A stretch of DNA of 56,934 nt from Ruminococcus sp. Lineage in GTDB: Bacteria; Bacillota; Clostridia; Oscillospirales; Acutalibacteraceae. The stretch lies in contig JAZQHL010000165.1 in NCBI GenBank assembly GCA_045540595.1, forward strand, positions 1 through 56,934. The letters are read 5' to 3'. The notes under the pieces are model-generated. The model was not told where the DNA came from. It saw only the letters and a program-made list of their open reading frames with translations, and searched no databases. Of the stretch, positions 1-9,814 are shown piece by piece; positions within the stretch are counted from its first letter, which is position 1; every line of letters starts with the position of its first letter. Position numbers and translations under genes: made by a program.

Positions 1-4
1 AGCA

Positions 5-1726
5 ATGGCTAAGAGCTATTTTGACGGAAGCAGTGTGATTTCAGCAAAGTTTACCGATGCGGAAACAGGGGAGACCTTGTGGAGTTATACTGCTGACGGA
101 AATGTAAGTTACACTGAGCCAATGGAAATTTCTTATGTGTGGGAAAAATGGACCAGCATTTTCGATTCGGAAACAGGTGAATGGAGAGAAAAAATAACTT
201 CTGCTGTTGATGTGGAAATGGTAATTTCCACAGAATATATGATACAGGATAAATACTACATAATCAGTGAGTTCATAGACTTTTTGTATTCTATGCTGTA
301 TTGGGTTTATGTTGTGGGTGTTGCGGCACTGATTATTGTTATTGCCTGCGTTGTGTTTCTTATCTGCTCTTCGGGTCACCGCGCAGGCTATGAGGGTGTA
401 AAGTCAGGCTGGGGTACTAAGGTGCCATTTGATATACTCACCGCTTTCACTGCAGGTTTTGTTGTATTGTGTGTTGTGCTGTTTTATGCTGTGGCAAAAG
501 AAATGCGTTACTATGATGAATTTGTTGCGCTGTCAGGTATTGTTGCCATTGCGGCGGTGGTTTTAGCTATAGTTGAATCTGCCTGCCTTGGGTGGCTGAT
601 GAGTTTTGCACTTCGGATAAAACTCGGTAAGTGGTGGCGGAACACGGTTGTTTTCTATGTGCTGAGGGCTTTGTGGAGATTTGCGAAATTTTTGTGGAGA
701 CAGTGCAAAAGACTTTTCCGTGCTGTCAGAAATATCCCTCTTATCTGGAAAACTTTTCTTTCTGTTGCGGGTATTACCTTGCTTGAATTAATTATAATAA
801 TGTGCTGTTGGCACGAGCCTGATAATTACTTTTCCTTCTGGATAGTGGAAAAACTGGTGCTTATCCCGCTTGTGCTGAGCACCGTGTTCACAATGAAAAA
901 ACTTCAGAAGGGTGCGAAGGCTTTGTCTGAAGGAGACCTGAGTTATCAGGTGAACACAGAGAAAATGTGGGGTGACTTCAGAAATCACGGTGAAGCACTT
1001 AACAGCATTGCTCAGGGTATGGCTGTGGCGGTAGATGAGCAGATGAAGAGTGAACGAATGAAAACTGAACTTATCACCAATGTGTCCCATGATATCAAGA
1101 CTCCTCTTACATCTATAATCAACTATACTGATCTGATTTCAAATGAGCCTTGTGAGAATGTGAAGATAACCGAGTATGCAAAGGTGCTTGCACGTTCTTC
1201 AGAAAGGCTTAAAAGACTCATTGATGATCTGGTGGAGGCTTCAAAAGCATCAACAGGTAACATTGAAATGGTTATGGCTCCCTGCAACACCAACATTCTG
1301 CTTTCTCAGGCGGTAGGGGAGTATGAAGACAGGCTGAAAGAAGCAAACCTTGAACTAATTGTGACTCAGCCTGAGGAAACGATAATGATAATGGCAGACG
1401 GCAGAAGACTCTGGAGAGTGTTTGATAACCTTATTAATAATGTCTGCAAGTATGCACAGGAGTTCACCCGTGTGTACTTATCCCTTGAAAAATCAGGAGA
1501 GGAGGCGGTGATAACTCTTAAGAACACCTCCCGTGTTGCTTTGAATATTTCTGAGGAGGAACTTATGGAGAGGTTTGTCAGAGGCGACCAATCCAGAAAC
1601 ACAGAGGGTAACGGTCTGGGGCTATCCATAGCAAGGAGTCTGACACAGCTCCAAAGCGGTGACCTTGAACTTTCCATAGACGGAGATTTATTCAAAGTGA
1701 TTCTGAGGTTTCCTGTTATTAAATGA
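5..1726 (+). CDS. Membrane sensor histidine kinase, probably truncated at the 5' end by the window edge
   Basis: Several TM segments; H-box VSHDIKTPLTSI, N-box DNLINNVCKY, G-box GNGLGLSIA; the frame is open to the window start. Confidence 0.9.
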   Translation: MAKSYFDGSSVISAKFTDAETGETLWSYTADGNVSYTEPMEISYVWEKWTSIFDSETGEWREKITSAVDVEMVISTEYMIQDKYYIISEFIDFLYSMLYWVYVVGVAALIIVIACVVFLICSSGHRAGYEGVKSGWGTKVPFDILTAFTAGFVVLCVVLFYAVAKEMRYYDEFVALSGIVAIAAVVLAIVESACLGWLMSFALRIKLGKWWRNTVVFYVLRALWRFAKFLWRQCKRLFRAVRNIPLIWKTFLSVAGITLLELIIIMCCWHEPDNYFSFWIVEKLVLIPLVLSTVFTMKKLQKGAKALSEGDLSYQVNTEKMWGDFRNHGEALNSIAQGMAVAVDEQMKSERMKTELITNVSHDIKTPLTSIINYTDLISNEPCENVKITEYAKVLARSSERLKRLIDDLVEASKASTGNIEMVMAPCNTNILLSQAVGEYEDRLKEANLELIVTQPEETIMIMADGRRLWRVFDNLINNVCKYAQEFTRVYLSLEKSGEEAVITLKNTSRVALNISEEELMERFVRGDQSRNTEGNGLGLSIARSLTQLQSGDLELSIDGDLFKVILRFPVIK

Positions 1727-1737
1727 TGGTGAAAAAG

Positions 1738-1776
1738 AAAGGACTGTATCTGTGCATCTGCTGATACAGTCCTTTT
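1738..1776. terminator. Bidirectional intrinsic terminator between the kinase and murE
   Basis: AAAGGACTGTATC...GATACAGTCCTTTT inverted repeat between convergent genes. Confidence 0.85.
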
Positions 1777-1803
1777 GTGATTTATGAATTGTAAATTATG
1801 AAA

Positions 1804-3261
1804 TTACATTGATTTTAAAATATCTGCGATTACCTCGCGTTCGTCAAGGTGATACTTGACGCCCTTGATTTCCTGATAATCCTCGTGGCCTTTGCCTGCA
1901 AGCACGATGATGTCACCCTCCTGAGCGTTCTCGATGCAATAGCGGATTGCATCTACACGGTTGGGTACGATAACGTACTTACCGCCTGTTTTGTCGATTC
2001 CGACTTTGATGTCTGCGATAATATCGTTTACATCTTCGAATCTTGAGTTGTCCTCGGTAATAACAGAAAGGTCAGAAAGGCTGCCTGATACTTCACCCAT
2101 CTCATAACGTCTTGATTTGGGACGGTTGCCGCCTGCACCAAACATGGTGATAAGTCTTGCAGGTTTGTACTCTCTCAGGGTGGTGAGCACGTTTTCCATA
2201 GATACAGCGTTGTGAGCATAGTCAATGAGAAGTGTATAGTTGCCGGGAACGGGATAAGTTTCAACTCTGCCTTTTACCTTAACGGTGTCCAGACCTTTGA
2301 GGATATCCTCGTCGGTAATATCAAAGTGACGGCAAACAGAGATTGCGGCAAGAGCGTTATATACACTGAATCTGCCGGGGATTGCCACATCAACGCTGAG
2401 TTCTTTGATGCCCTTTGTGCTGAAGTGCACACCGATGTAGCCGGGACGTGCAATGAGAGAATCGTCAAAGCCTGTAAGGTCAGCGTCCTCGCTGAAGCCG
2501 TAGGTTTCCTTTTCGCAGGTGCTGTCTTTGAGAAGAGCATCGCAGTTTTCGTCATCTATATTGATAAGACCCAGTTTGCACTGCTTGAAGAGAAGCGCTT
2601 TGCACTGGAGGTATTCTTCCATATCCTTGTGCTCGTTTTCACCGATATGGTCGTGAGAGAAGTTAGTGAAAACGGCATAATCAAAGATGATGTTATCTGT
2701 ACGGTGCTGCTTGAGACCGATGGAGGAAACTTCCATAACCACAGCCTTGCAACCCATATTCACCATTTTGCGCATTGCCTGCTGAATCTCATAGGATTCG
2801 GGAGTGGTGTTGTTGGTTTTGAATATGTTGTTGTCTATAATGATGCCCAGAGTACCGATTGTGCCTGTTTTGATTCCTGCACATTCAAGGATGGAACGGA
2901 TCATAGCAACTGTTGTTGTTTTGCCCTTTGTGCCTGTGATTGCAACGGTGGTGAGCTCCTTTGAAGGATTTTCGAAATACTCGGCACTCATTTTTGAAAG
3001 TGCAACTCGTGCATCGGCAACTTTGATGATGTTTACGGTATCTGGTACATCTACATCGTCGGTTACAATCAGGGTGTTGGCTCCTTTTTCCACAGCATCT
3101 GCTGCGTATTTGTGGCCATCGGTTGCGTAGCCTTTTATGCAAACAAAGGCACAACCGCCTACAACCTTGCGAGAATCGTAAATAACGTCACAAATCTCTG
3201 CGTCGTCTGTGCCCTGTACTATGGTATATTCAAGTGAGCTTAACAGGTCTTTGAGTTTCAT
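1804..3261 (-). CDS. murE: UDP-MurNAc-Ala-Glu--diaminopimelate ligase
   Basis: GTKGKTT P-loop, TTPES, MEVSS, DYAHN, DNSR (DNPR-like, Arg retained, so DAP type), AGKGHE. Confidence 0.95.
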   Translation of the reverse strand: MKLKDLLSSLEYTIVQGTDDAEICDVIYDSRKVVGGCAFVCIKGYATDGHKYAADAVEKGANTLIVTDDVDVPDTVNIIKVADARVALSKMSAEYFENPSKELTTVAITGTKGKTTTVAMIRSILECAGIKTGTIGTLGIIIDNNIFKTNNTTPESYEIQQAMRKMVNMGCKAVVMEVSSIGLKQHRTDNIIFDYAVFTNFSHDHIGENEHKDMEEYLQCKALLFKQCKLGLINIDDENCDALLKDSTCEKETYGFSEDADLTGFDDSLIARPGYIGVHFSTKGIKELSVDVAIPGRFSVYNALAAISVCRHFDITDEDILKGLDTVKVKGRVETYPVPGNYTLLIDYAHNAVSMENVLTTLREYKPARLITMFGAGGNRPKSRRYEMGEVSGSLSDLSVITEDNSRFEDVNDIIADIKVGIDKTGGKYVIVPNRVDAIRYCIENAQEGDIIVLAGKGHEDYQEIKGVKYHLDEREVIADILKSM

Positions 3262-3660
3262 ATCTGTAAGTACCTCCGTATATATATTTATATAGATGTA
3301 TAGTCCTATATGCTAAATTTACAACTTTTCTTATGACTTGTCAATGAGAATAAAAGCAGACGGCTTTGCTAAATGTAGGGGTGCGGAATAACTTTTTGTT
3401 AATTTTACCCTACAGATTGGGATTTTGACGATTGTAAGGGCGTATTTGGTATTAAAATCCACCCCGATTTTGAAATTTCGGCAAAATAAACTCACAGTGA
3501 CAAAATCTGTTTGGCACAATGCACAAATGACTTGTGGTTAAAATCAACAAAATAAAATAAAGTGAATTGTGCATAATAAATATAAATCGAAAATACCTTT
3601 GTCAAATTAACCAAAAACAGGTTTCAAATTTATTCTTTTAGATAAAAAGTACAAAGGGAG

Positions 3661-3690
3661 TTGAAAAAACCTCTTCGGTTGTGGTATCAT
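3661..3690 (+). promoter_or_regulatory. Putative sigmaA promoter of the maltodextrin operon
   Basis: TTGAAA-18 nt-TATCAT with an extended -10 TG. Confidence 0.5.
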
Positions 3691-3796
3691 TACTGTAGTG
3701 AAAAACGTACATTTATTGTGGTAAAGGATAGATGTGCGGCACTCGGCATATCTGATTTTATGCTGACAAAAATATTTTTTAAAGGAGTTTTTTACC

Positions 3797-5149
3797 ATGA
3801 AGACAAGAAAGATTCTTGCTCTGCTCCTTGCTGTTCTGATGGCTGTTGGCTGTCTCGCTGCTTGTACCGGTAACGGTGGCACAGACACAACAACTGCAGC
3901 TGGCCAGGATAGCACAGGCACAGGCACATCCACAACTACAGAGTCTTGGTCCGCAGACCAGATCGCTCAGATGGGCGAGGCTATCAAGGCAGAGGCTAAC
4001 GGCCAGACCGTTGCTCTCAAGCTTTGGGGTCCCGAGCTTGCTCAGGACGTTCTGAAGGCTCAGGCTGCTGCATTTGCAGAGCTCTTCAAGGACTATGCAA
4101 CAATCACAATCGAGACAGCTGTTCAGGGTGAGAACGATGCTGCTACTGCAGTTATCAACGATGCTAAGGCTGCTGCTGACGTATTCGGCTTCCCCTCTGA
4201 CCAGATCGACAAGCTCTACAACGCTAACGCTCTTGCAGAGTGCTACTTCCCCGAGAACGTAACAGCTGACAACACAGCTGCTTCCGTTGCTGCTGCTTCC
4301 AAGGATGGCAAGCTCTTTGCTTACCCCGAGACAGGCGACAACAGCTACATCCTTGTTTATGACAAGAGAATCGTATCTGACGAGCAGGCTAAGACATGGG
4401 AAGGCGTTCTCACAGCATGTAAGGATTCCGGCAAGAAGTTCATCATGGACGCTAAGAACGGTTTCTTCGCTTGCACATTCCTCTACACCGGCGGTCTCAA
4501 GACTGAAGGCTTCGAGGCAGACGGCCTTACTCAGGCATTCAACGATTACAACATCGACAACGTAACAGCTTCCGTACAGGCTTTCGCAAACCTCTTCAAT
4601 GCAGGTATTGCTGGCGGTTACTTCGAGAGCGGCGACACATCCCTCATTCCTGACGGTTTCAAGAACGGCACAACTGCTGCTGGTATCGCAGGTAGCTGGA
4701 ACATCGCAGCTGTTAAGGCTAACCTCGGCGACAACGCTGGTTATGCTATCATCCCCACAATCGACATCAACGGCACTGCAACTCAGTCCGTAAACATGTT
4801 CGGTTACAAGTTCCTCGGCGTTAACAGCCAGACTGCTTACCCCATCACATCTCAGGTTCTCGCATACTACCTCACAAACGAGGCATGTCAGATGGAGAGA
4901 GCAGAGAAGCTCGAGTGGGCACCTTCCAACGCAGCAGCACAGCAGAGCGATTTCGTTAAGAACAATCCCTCTATGTCTGCTCTTATGGCTCAGACAGAGT
5001 TCTCCGTTCCTCAGACAGGTCTTGCAGGCACATTCTGGGATCCGCTTGCAGCTCTCGGCACATACATGTGCGAGCCCACAAGCGATCTTGGCACTGAGGC
5101 TGTAAAGGCTCAGGTTGAGGCTTGTATCACAAACATCCGTGACGAATAA
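3797..5149 (+). CDS. Maltose/maltodextrin ABC transporter substrate-binding lipoprotein (MalE/MalX-like)
   Basis: Lipobox LAAC, Thr-rich linker, ADVF..DQ motif, GSWN; RBS AAAGGAG; followed by two permeases and a GH13. Confidence 0.88.
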   Translation: MKTRKILALLLAVLMAVGCLAACTGNGGTDTTTAAGQDSTGTGTSTTTESWSADQIAQMGEAIKAEANGQTVALKLWGPELAQDVLKAQAAAFAELFKDYATITIETAVQGENDAATAVINDAKAAADVFGFPSDQIDKLYNANALAECYFPENVTADNTAASVAAASKDGKLFAYPETGDNSYILVYDKRIVSDEQAKTWEGVLTACKDSGKKFIMDAKNGFFACTFLYTGGLKTEGFEADGLTQAFNDYNIDNVTASVQAFANLFNAGIAGGYFESGDTSLIPDGFKNGTTAAGIAGSWNIAAVKANLGDNAGYAIIPTIDINGTATQSVNMFGYKFLGVNSQTAYPITSQVLAYYLTNEACQMERAEKLEWAPSNAAAQQSDFVKNNPSMSALMAQTEFSVPQTGLAGTFWDPLAALGTYMCEPTSDLGTEAVKAQVEACITNIRDE

Positions 5150-5204
5150 TTTGCGGTAAGTTATTTAGTTAGAATTATTTGCGGTAATTTGATAAACTAA
5201 GTCA

Positions 5205-5250
5205 GAAGGGCAGCTCGGACTCAAGCGGCTCGGGCTGCCCTTTCACTTTC
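5205..5250 (+). terminator. Stem-loop between the binding-protein and permease genes (partial terminator or mRNA stabiliser)
   Basis: GAAGGGCAGCTCG...CGGGCTGCCCTTT inverted repeat. Confidence 0.65.
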
Positions 5251-5302
5251 GGTATCAGATTTATCTAATATTTTTATATTTAGATAAAGGAGAGTGAGAA
5301 GG

Positions 5303-6820
5303 GTGACATATACCGAATACATGTCGTTGAATGCTTTTCAGCGTTTCTGGTATAAGTTTACGCAGTTCATAAAAGCGATTCCTTCAGGTCTTAAAAACTT
5401 CTTCTGCGCTATAGGCAGAGGAATTAAGAATTTCTTCTGCGGTATTGGCCGCGGTTGCAAAGAGTATGTTCTCGGATTTATCAAGGGTGATATCATCACA
5501 AAACTCTCATACTTTATTATGGGTCTTGGTAACATCTTCAGAGGACAGATTGTCAAGGGTGTAGCATTCCTTGCTATCGAGGTTCTCTATATCCTCTTTA
5601 TGGTTTCCTTTGGTGGTACATATCTTGGTCTGTTCTTCAGCCTTGAAGCTGTTAAGGAAATCAAATACTTTGAATTTATGGGCAAGCAGATGGAGCAGGT
5701 AGTGGTTAAGTATTACAGTAACCAGATTCTGCTTTACGGTATCCTTGCCATGATGGTGACTGTTGCTTTCATTGCTATTTACCTTGCAAGCACAAAGTCA
5801 GCACGCAAAAACGAGGAAATTATCAAGGCAGGCAAAAAGCCTATGACATTTATGGAAGAGTCCAAGGAACTCCTCGACTCCAAGTTCCATACAACAATGC
5901 TCTCCCTGCCTGTTATCCTTATCTGTGTGTTTGTTCTTCTGCCTCTGATCTTCATGATCTTCATGGCATTCACAAACTATTCAGATGTAAACTACGACTC
6001 ATTCCAGTGGATCGGCCTTGACAACTTCAAGGAGATCTTCAGTGCTTCCGAGAGCGGCGGTGCATCCATGGGTTACACCTTCGCAAGAATCACAGGTTGG
6101 ACAATCATCTGGGCAATCTTTGCTACATTCTCCAACTACATTCTCGGTATGGTTGTTGCTCTTATGATCAACAAGAAGGGCATCAAGCTGAAGAAACTCT
6201 GGAGAACACTTTTCGTTATGACAATTGCTGTTCCCCAGTTCGTTACACTTCTGGTTATGGCTCAGATGATCTCAAACTCCACAGAGAGCCCCCTGAACCT
6301 GATTATCTCTATGTTCACAGGTCAGCCCTCCAGTGTAGATGTATGGTCAATCAACAACAACGCTATCCTGGCTCGTATTACAGTTATCGTTGTTAATATC
6401 TGGGTAGGTATTCCCTACACAATTCTTATGACCTCCGGTATTCTTATGAATATTCCCGAGGATCTGTACGAGAGTGCAAGAATCGACGGTGCAGGCCCTG
6501 TAAAGAGCTTCACAAAGATTACTCTGCCTTATATGCTCTTCGTTACAACACCTTATCTTATCACTACATTCATCGGTAACATCAATAACTTCAACGTTAT
6601 CTATCTGCTTTCAGAAGGCGGTCCCAAGGTTGGCGACTACAAGTACAGTGCCGGTAAGACCGACCTCCTTATCACCCTGCTGTTCAAGCTCTCTGTTAAC
6701 CAGAACAAGTACGGTCTGGGTGCTGCAATAGGTATTCTTGTATTTATTGTTTGTGCAACTCTGTCGCTGGTAACATTCAATATGACTAAGTCAGCGAAGA
6801 ATGAGGAGGAATTCTCATGA
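5303..6820 (+). CDS. Maltodextrin ABC permease (MalF/MalC-like)
   Basis: EAA loop LYESARIDGA, many TM helices; start GTG 5303 chosen by RBS spacing (ORF track starts at 5294). Confidence 0.9.
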   Translation: MTYTEYMSLNAFQRFWYKFTQFIKAIPSGLKNFFCAIGRGIKNFFCGIGRGCKEYVLGFIKGDIITKLSYFIMGLGNIFRGQIVKGVAFLAIEVLYILFMVSFGGTYLGLFFSLEAVKEIKYFEFMGKQMEQVVVKYYSNQILLYGILAMMVTVAFIAIYLASTKSARKNEEIIKAGKKPMTFMEESKELLDSKFHTTMLSLPVILICVFVLLPLIFMIFMAFTNYSDVNYDSFQWIGLDNFKEIFSASESGGASMGYTFARITGWTIIWAIFATFSNYILGMVVALMINKKGIKLKKLWRTLFVMTIAVPQFVTLLVMAQMISNSTESPLNLIISMFTGQPSSVDVWSINNNAILARITVIVVNIWVGIPYTILMTSGILMNIPEDLYESARIDGAGPVKSFTKITLPYMLFVTTPYLITTFIGNINNFNVIYLLSEGGPKVGDYKYSAGKTDLLITLLFKLSVNQNKYGLGAAIGILVFIVCATLSLVTFNMTKSAKNEEEFS

Positions 6821-7683
6821 TAAAAAGCTATAAACTCAGAAGAGGTATTGCTAATGCATTTATCTACATTGTGTTAGCAGTTATGGGCCTTATCTGGATT
6901 TTCCCCCTTGTATGGCTCGTTGCTCATTCATTCCGTGTAGATCCCGCAGGTGGTGTTCCTGCAATTCTGTCAACAACTCTGTTCCCCAAAGTTTCAGAGC
7001 TTGGCTTTGACAACTACATTGGTCTTTTCAGAGACACAATGTTTATGAAGTGGTTTACCAACACACTTATCGTTGCTACCTGTTCCTGCATCATCTCTAC
7101 TCTTTCTGTTCTGATGGTTGCATACAGCTTCAGCCGTCTCAGATTTAAGGCTCGTAAGCCTTTCATCAACGTTGGTATGATTATGGGTATGTTCCCCGGC
7201 TTCATGACCACAATCGCTCTGTACTACATTCTTAAGATGATGGGTCTTACTCAGACACTTCTGGGTCTGACACTTTGCTACAGTGGTGGTGCAGGTCTTG
7301 GTTACCTGGTTGCTAAGGGCTTCTTTGATACAATCCCCAGAGCACTTGACGAAGCTGCTACTATCGACGGCGCTAACAGAAATCAGATTTTCTGGAAGAT
7401 TATCCTTCCCATGTCCAAGCCTATCGTTGTTTACACAGTTCTTACCTCTTTCATCAGCCCCTGGTGTGACTTCATTCTTGTTAAGATCATCATGGGTACA
7501 GAGGTTGAAAAGTACACAATCTCAAGAGGTCTGTGGATGTGGACTGACAAGGAGTACAAGTCTAACTACTACCGTTACTTCCTGTCCGGTTCAGTTGTTG
7601 TTGCTATTCCTATCACAGCACTGTTCCTGTACATGCAGAAGTACTACGTTGAAGGCGTTACAGCCGGCGGCGTTAAGGGCTAA
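6817..7683 (+). CDS. Maltodextrin ABC permease (MalG/MalD-like)
   Basis: LDEAATIDGA EAA loop, C-terminal GVTAGGVKG; ATGA overlap with the upstream gene. Confidence 0.92.
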   Translation: MIKSYKLRRGIANAFIYIVLAVMGLIWIFPLVWLVAHSFRVDPAGGVPAILSTTLFPKVSELGFDNYIGLFRDTMFMKWFTNTLIVATCSCIISTLSVLMVAYSFSRLRFKARKPFINVGMIMGMFPGFMTTIALYYILKMMGLTQTLLGLTLCYSGGAGLGYLVAKGFFDTIPRALDEAATIDGANRNQIFWKIILPMSKPIVVYTVLTSFISPWCDFILVKIIMGTEVEKYTISRGLWMWTDKEYKSNYYRYFLSGSVVVAIPITALFLYMQKYYVEGVTAGGVKG

Positions 7684-7731
7684 TAGACTTGTGATTGTAC
7701 TCAGTACGAGTACGCTTACATTATGAACATC

Positions 7732-7765
7732 TGGCGGCTGCCGCGTGGCGGCCGCCATTTTGTTT
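7732..7765 (+). terminator. Intrinsic terminator
   Basis: TGGCGGCTGCC-gcgt-GGCGGCCGCCA followed by a T-rich tail. Confidence 0.75.
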
Positions 7766-7875
7766 GAAAATTATTTGAATACTATAAGTTTGAAAACAGC
7801 AGAAGAATTATCTGGTTTTCCGGAATACAGATAATCTTCTTTCAGATAAATAAATCATAGATTGGAGGATTGGAT

Positions 7876-9540
7876 ATGAAGAAATTTATATCAATGCTTT
7901 TGATTGTTATTATGGCATTCAGCTGTACAATGCTTGCTGCCTGTGATGATGGTGGTACTGAAAAAGGTTATAAAGACCCTACCGAGGGTATAGCAAAGGT
8001 AGCCTCTCAGGATAAGTACAGAAACTACTATCACATCTGGGTGTGCTCATTCAATGATTCAAACGGTGACGAAACAGGTGACCTGCAGGGTATCATTGAC
8101 AAACTTGATTACATCAACGACGGTAACCCTGAGACGGATACAGACTTAGGACATGATGCTATCTGGCTTTCTCCCATTATGCCCTCGGATTCTTATCATA
8201 AATATGACGTTGACGACTATATGGATATCGACCCCGAATTTGGTGACCTTGAGACTTTTGACAAGCTTATTGAAGAGTGTGACAAGCGTGGTATCGTTGT
8301 TATTCTTGACCTTGTACTCAATCACTGCGGCACAGGCCACGAGTTCTGGGAAAAAGCGGTCACTGAGGCAAAGGCAGGCAAATTTGACGGCTATGCTCAG
8401 TACTATAAATTCATGGAGGGCCTTCCTGGTGTTGAGGGTTGGAGACAGGTTATCGGCACTCTGGGTGAACTTTGGTATGAAGGTCAGTTCAGCGGTGAAA
8501 TGCCTGAGTGGAACCTTGAGTACGAGGGCACCCGTGCATACTTTGAAGAGGTTGCAAAGTTCTGGCTTGATCGTGGTGTTGCAGGCTTCCGCCTGGATGC
8601 TGTTAAGTATATGGACGACGGAATCACAGACGGCAACGAGTTCCTGAACTGGTTCTACACAACTGCTCAGAAGTATAATCCCGATGTTTATATGGTAGGT
8701 GAAAACTGGCAGGGTAACTCCTACCTCTACGAAACCTACGAGTCCGGCATCGACAGCCAGTTTGCTTTTTCCTTTGCAAATTCAGGCGGTAACTTCGTAT
8801 CTGCCGTAAACTCAGGTACAGGTAATCAGCTTGCTGCTCAGCTGAAGAAGTTTGACGATAATTCCGTGGAGGCTAACGAGAATGTTATCCACGCAATGTT
8901 CCTTTCAAACCACGATTCAGTAAGAAGTGCCAACTACTTTGCAAGCGGTCTCAGTTTCCAGAAAATGGCTGCTGCAGCATATATGCTTGTACCCGGTAAC
9001 AGCTACACCTACTACGGTGAAGAAATTGGTATGGCAGTGCCCGCTGGATATCACGGCAACGATGCCTTCTTCCGCGGTGCTATGAACTGGGACGACAATG
9101 TAGAGTCTGATATCTGGTGTACCGCTGATGCTTACTCTGACTGTCCTTACGGCGGAGTTGCACAGCAGACAGACGATGAGAATTCTCTCCTGAGCTTCTA
9201 CCGCAGAGTTATTAAAATCAAGAATCAGAATCCTGAGATTGCAAGAGGACGTATCACAGAAACCTACACCTTTGACAACACAGCAATCTGTGCTTACAAG
9301 GTAGAGTATGAGGGCAAGGCTCTGCTTATTATCCACAATATGGATAAAGAGAATGCCCACACACTGACAATCACAGAGGAAATGATGGACGACGCAGTTA
9401 TCCGCGGTGACCTGTATGCACAGGGCACTGTTCTGCCTCCTGGTGCTGATAATACATCTGTGACTCTCTATGCATCCCTTGACGACGGCACACTTACAAT
9501 GCCTGCGCAGTCATCTGTTGTAATCGGCTGTGAGGACTAA
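7876..9540 (+). CDS. GH13 alpha-amylase-family lipoprotein
   Basis: Lipobox LAAC; regions DLVLNH, GFRLDAVK, VGENW, FLSNHD, YYGEEIG; region V MPEWN resembles MPDLN of GH13_36; ATG 7876 follows GGAGGA. Confidence 0.9.
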   Translation: MKKFISMLLIVIMAFSCTMLAACDDGGTEKGYKDPTEGIAKVASQDKYRNYYHIWVCSFNDSNGDETGDLQGIIDKLDYINDGNPETDTDLGHDAIWLSPIMPSDSYHKYDVDDYMDIDPEFGDLETFDKLIEECDKRGIVVILDLVLNHCGTGHEFWEKAVTEAKAGKFDGYAQYYKFMEGLPGVEGWRQVIGTLGELWYEGQFSGEMPEWNLEYEGTRAYFEEVAKFWLDRGVAGFRLDAVKYMDDGITDGNEFLNWFYTTAQKYNPDVYMVGENWQGNSYLYETYESGIDSQFAFSFANSGGNFVSAVNSGTGNQLAAQLKKFDDNSVEANENVIHAMFLSNHDSVRSANYFASGLSFQKMAAAAYMLVPGNSYTYYGEEIGMAVPAGYHGNDAFFRGAMNWDDNVESDIWCTADAYSDCPYGGVAQQTDDENSLLSFYRRVIKIKNQNPEIARGRITETYTFDNTAICAYKVEYEGKALLIIHNMDKENAHTLTITEEMMDDAVIRGDLYAQGTVLPPGADNTSVTLYASLDDGTLTMPAQSSVVIGCED

Positions 9541-9568
9541 AAAACAATACAATACAACATAAATCTTT

Positions 9569-9600
9569 AAGGGCAGACTTCAGGTCTGCCCTTCTTTGTT
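9569..9600 (+). terminator. Intrinsic terminator
   Basis: AAGGGCAGAC-ttcag-GTCTGCCCTT followed by a T-rich tail. Confidence 0.85.
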
Positions 9601-9717
9601 TGTTGTGTGTAAAATTGCAGTAAGTTTCAATATTTACTAAGAATTACGGTTGATAATTCTTTTTATAATTTTTGCTTGCTTTTCTTACAAATGTTCCGTA
9701 AAAACTTCATTCAAACA

Positions 9718-9750
9718 GTGACAAAACAAAGCTCCTGCAAAGCATATAAT
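9718..9750 (+). promoter_or_regulatory. Putative Spo0A-dependent sigmaA promoter of spoIIE
   Basis: GTGACA-21 nt-TATAAT, with a 0A-box-like TGACAAA overlapping the -35; the B. subtilis spoIIE promoter has the same over-long spacer. Confidence 0.6.
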
Positions 9751-9814
9751 GTAATTGTCACAAGACAGAGGGAATCTGTCACAAAGAATATAAGAGGACA
9801 GGACGGCAAAAATT

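Noticed and set aside
2212-2964. 250-aa ORF antisense to murE
   Set aside because: Shadow ORF on the opposite strand of a well-supported gene, with no recognisable motifs
3262-3796. Small ORFs, riboswitch or LacI operator in the murE-malE intergenic region
   Set aside because: The ORFs lack RBS and coding character; only weak partial palindromes (e.g. TTGGCACAATGCACAA) and no recognisable riboswitch
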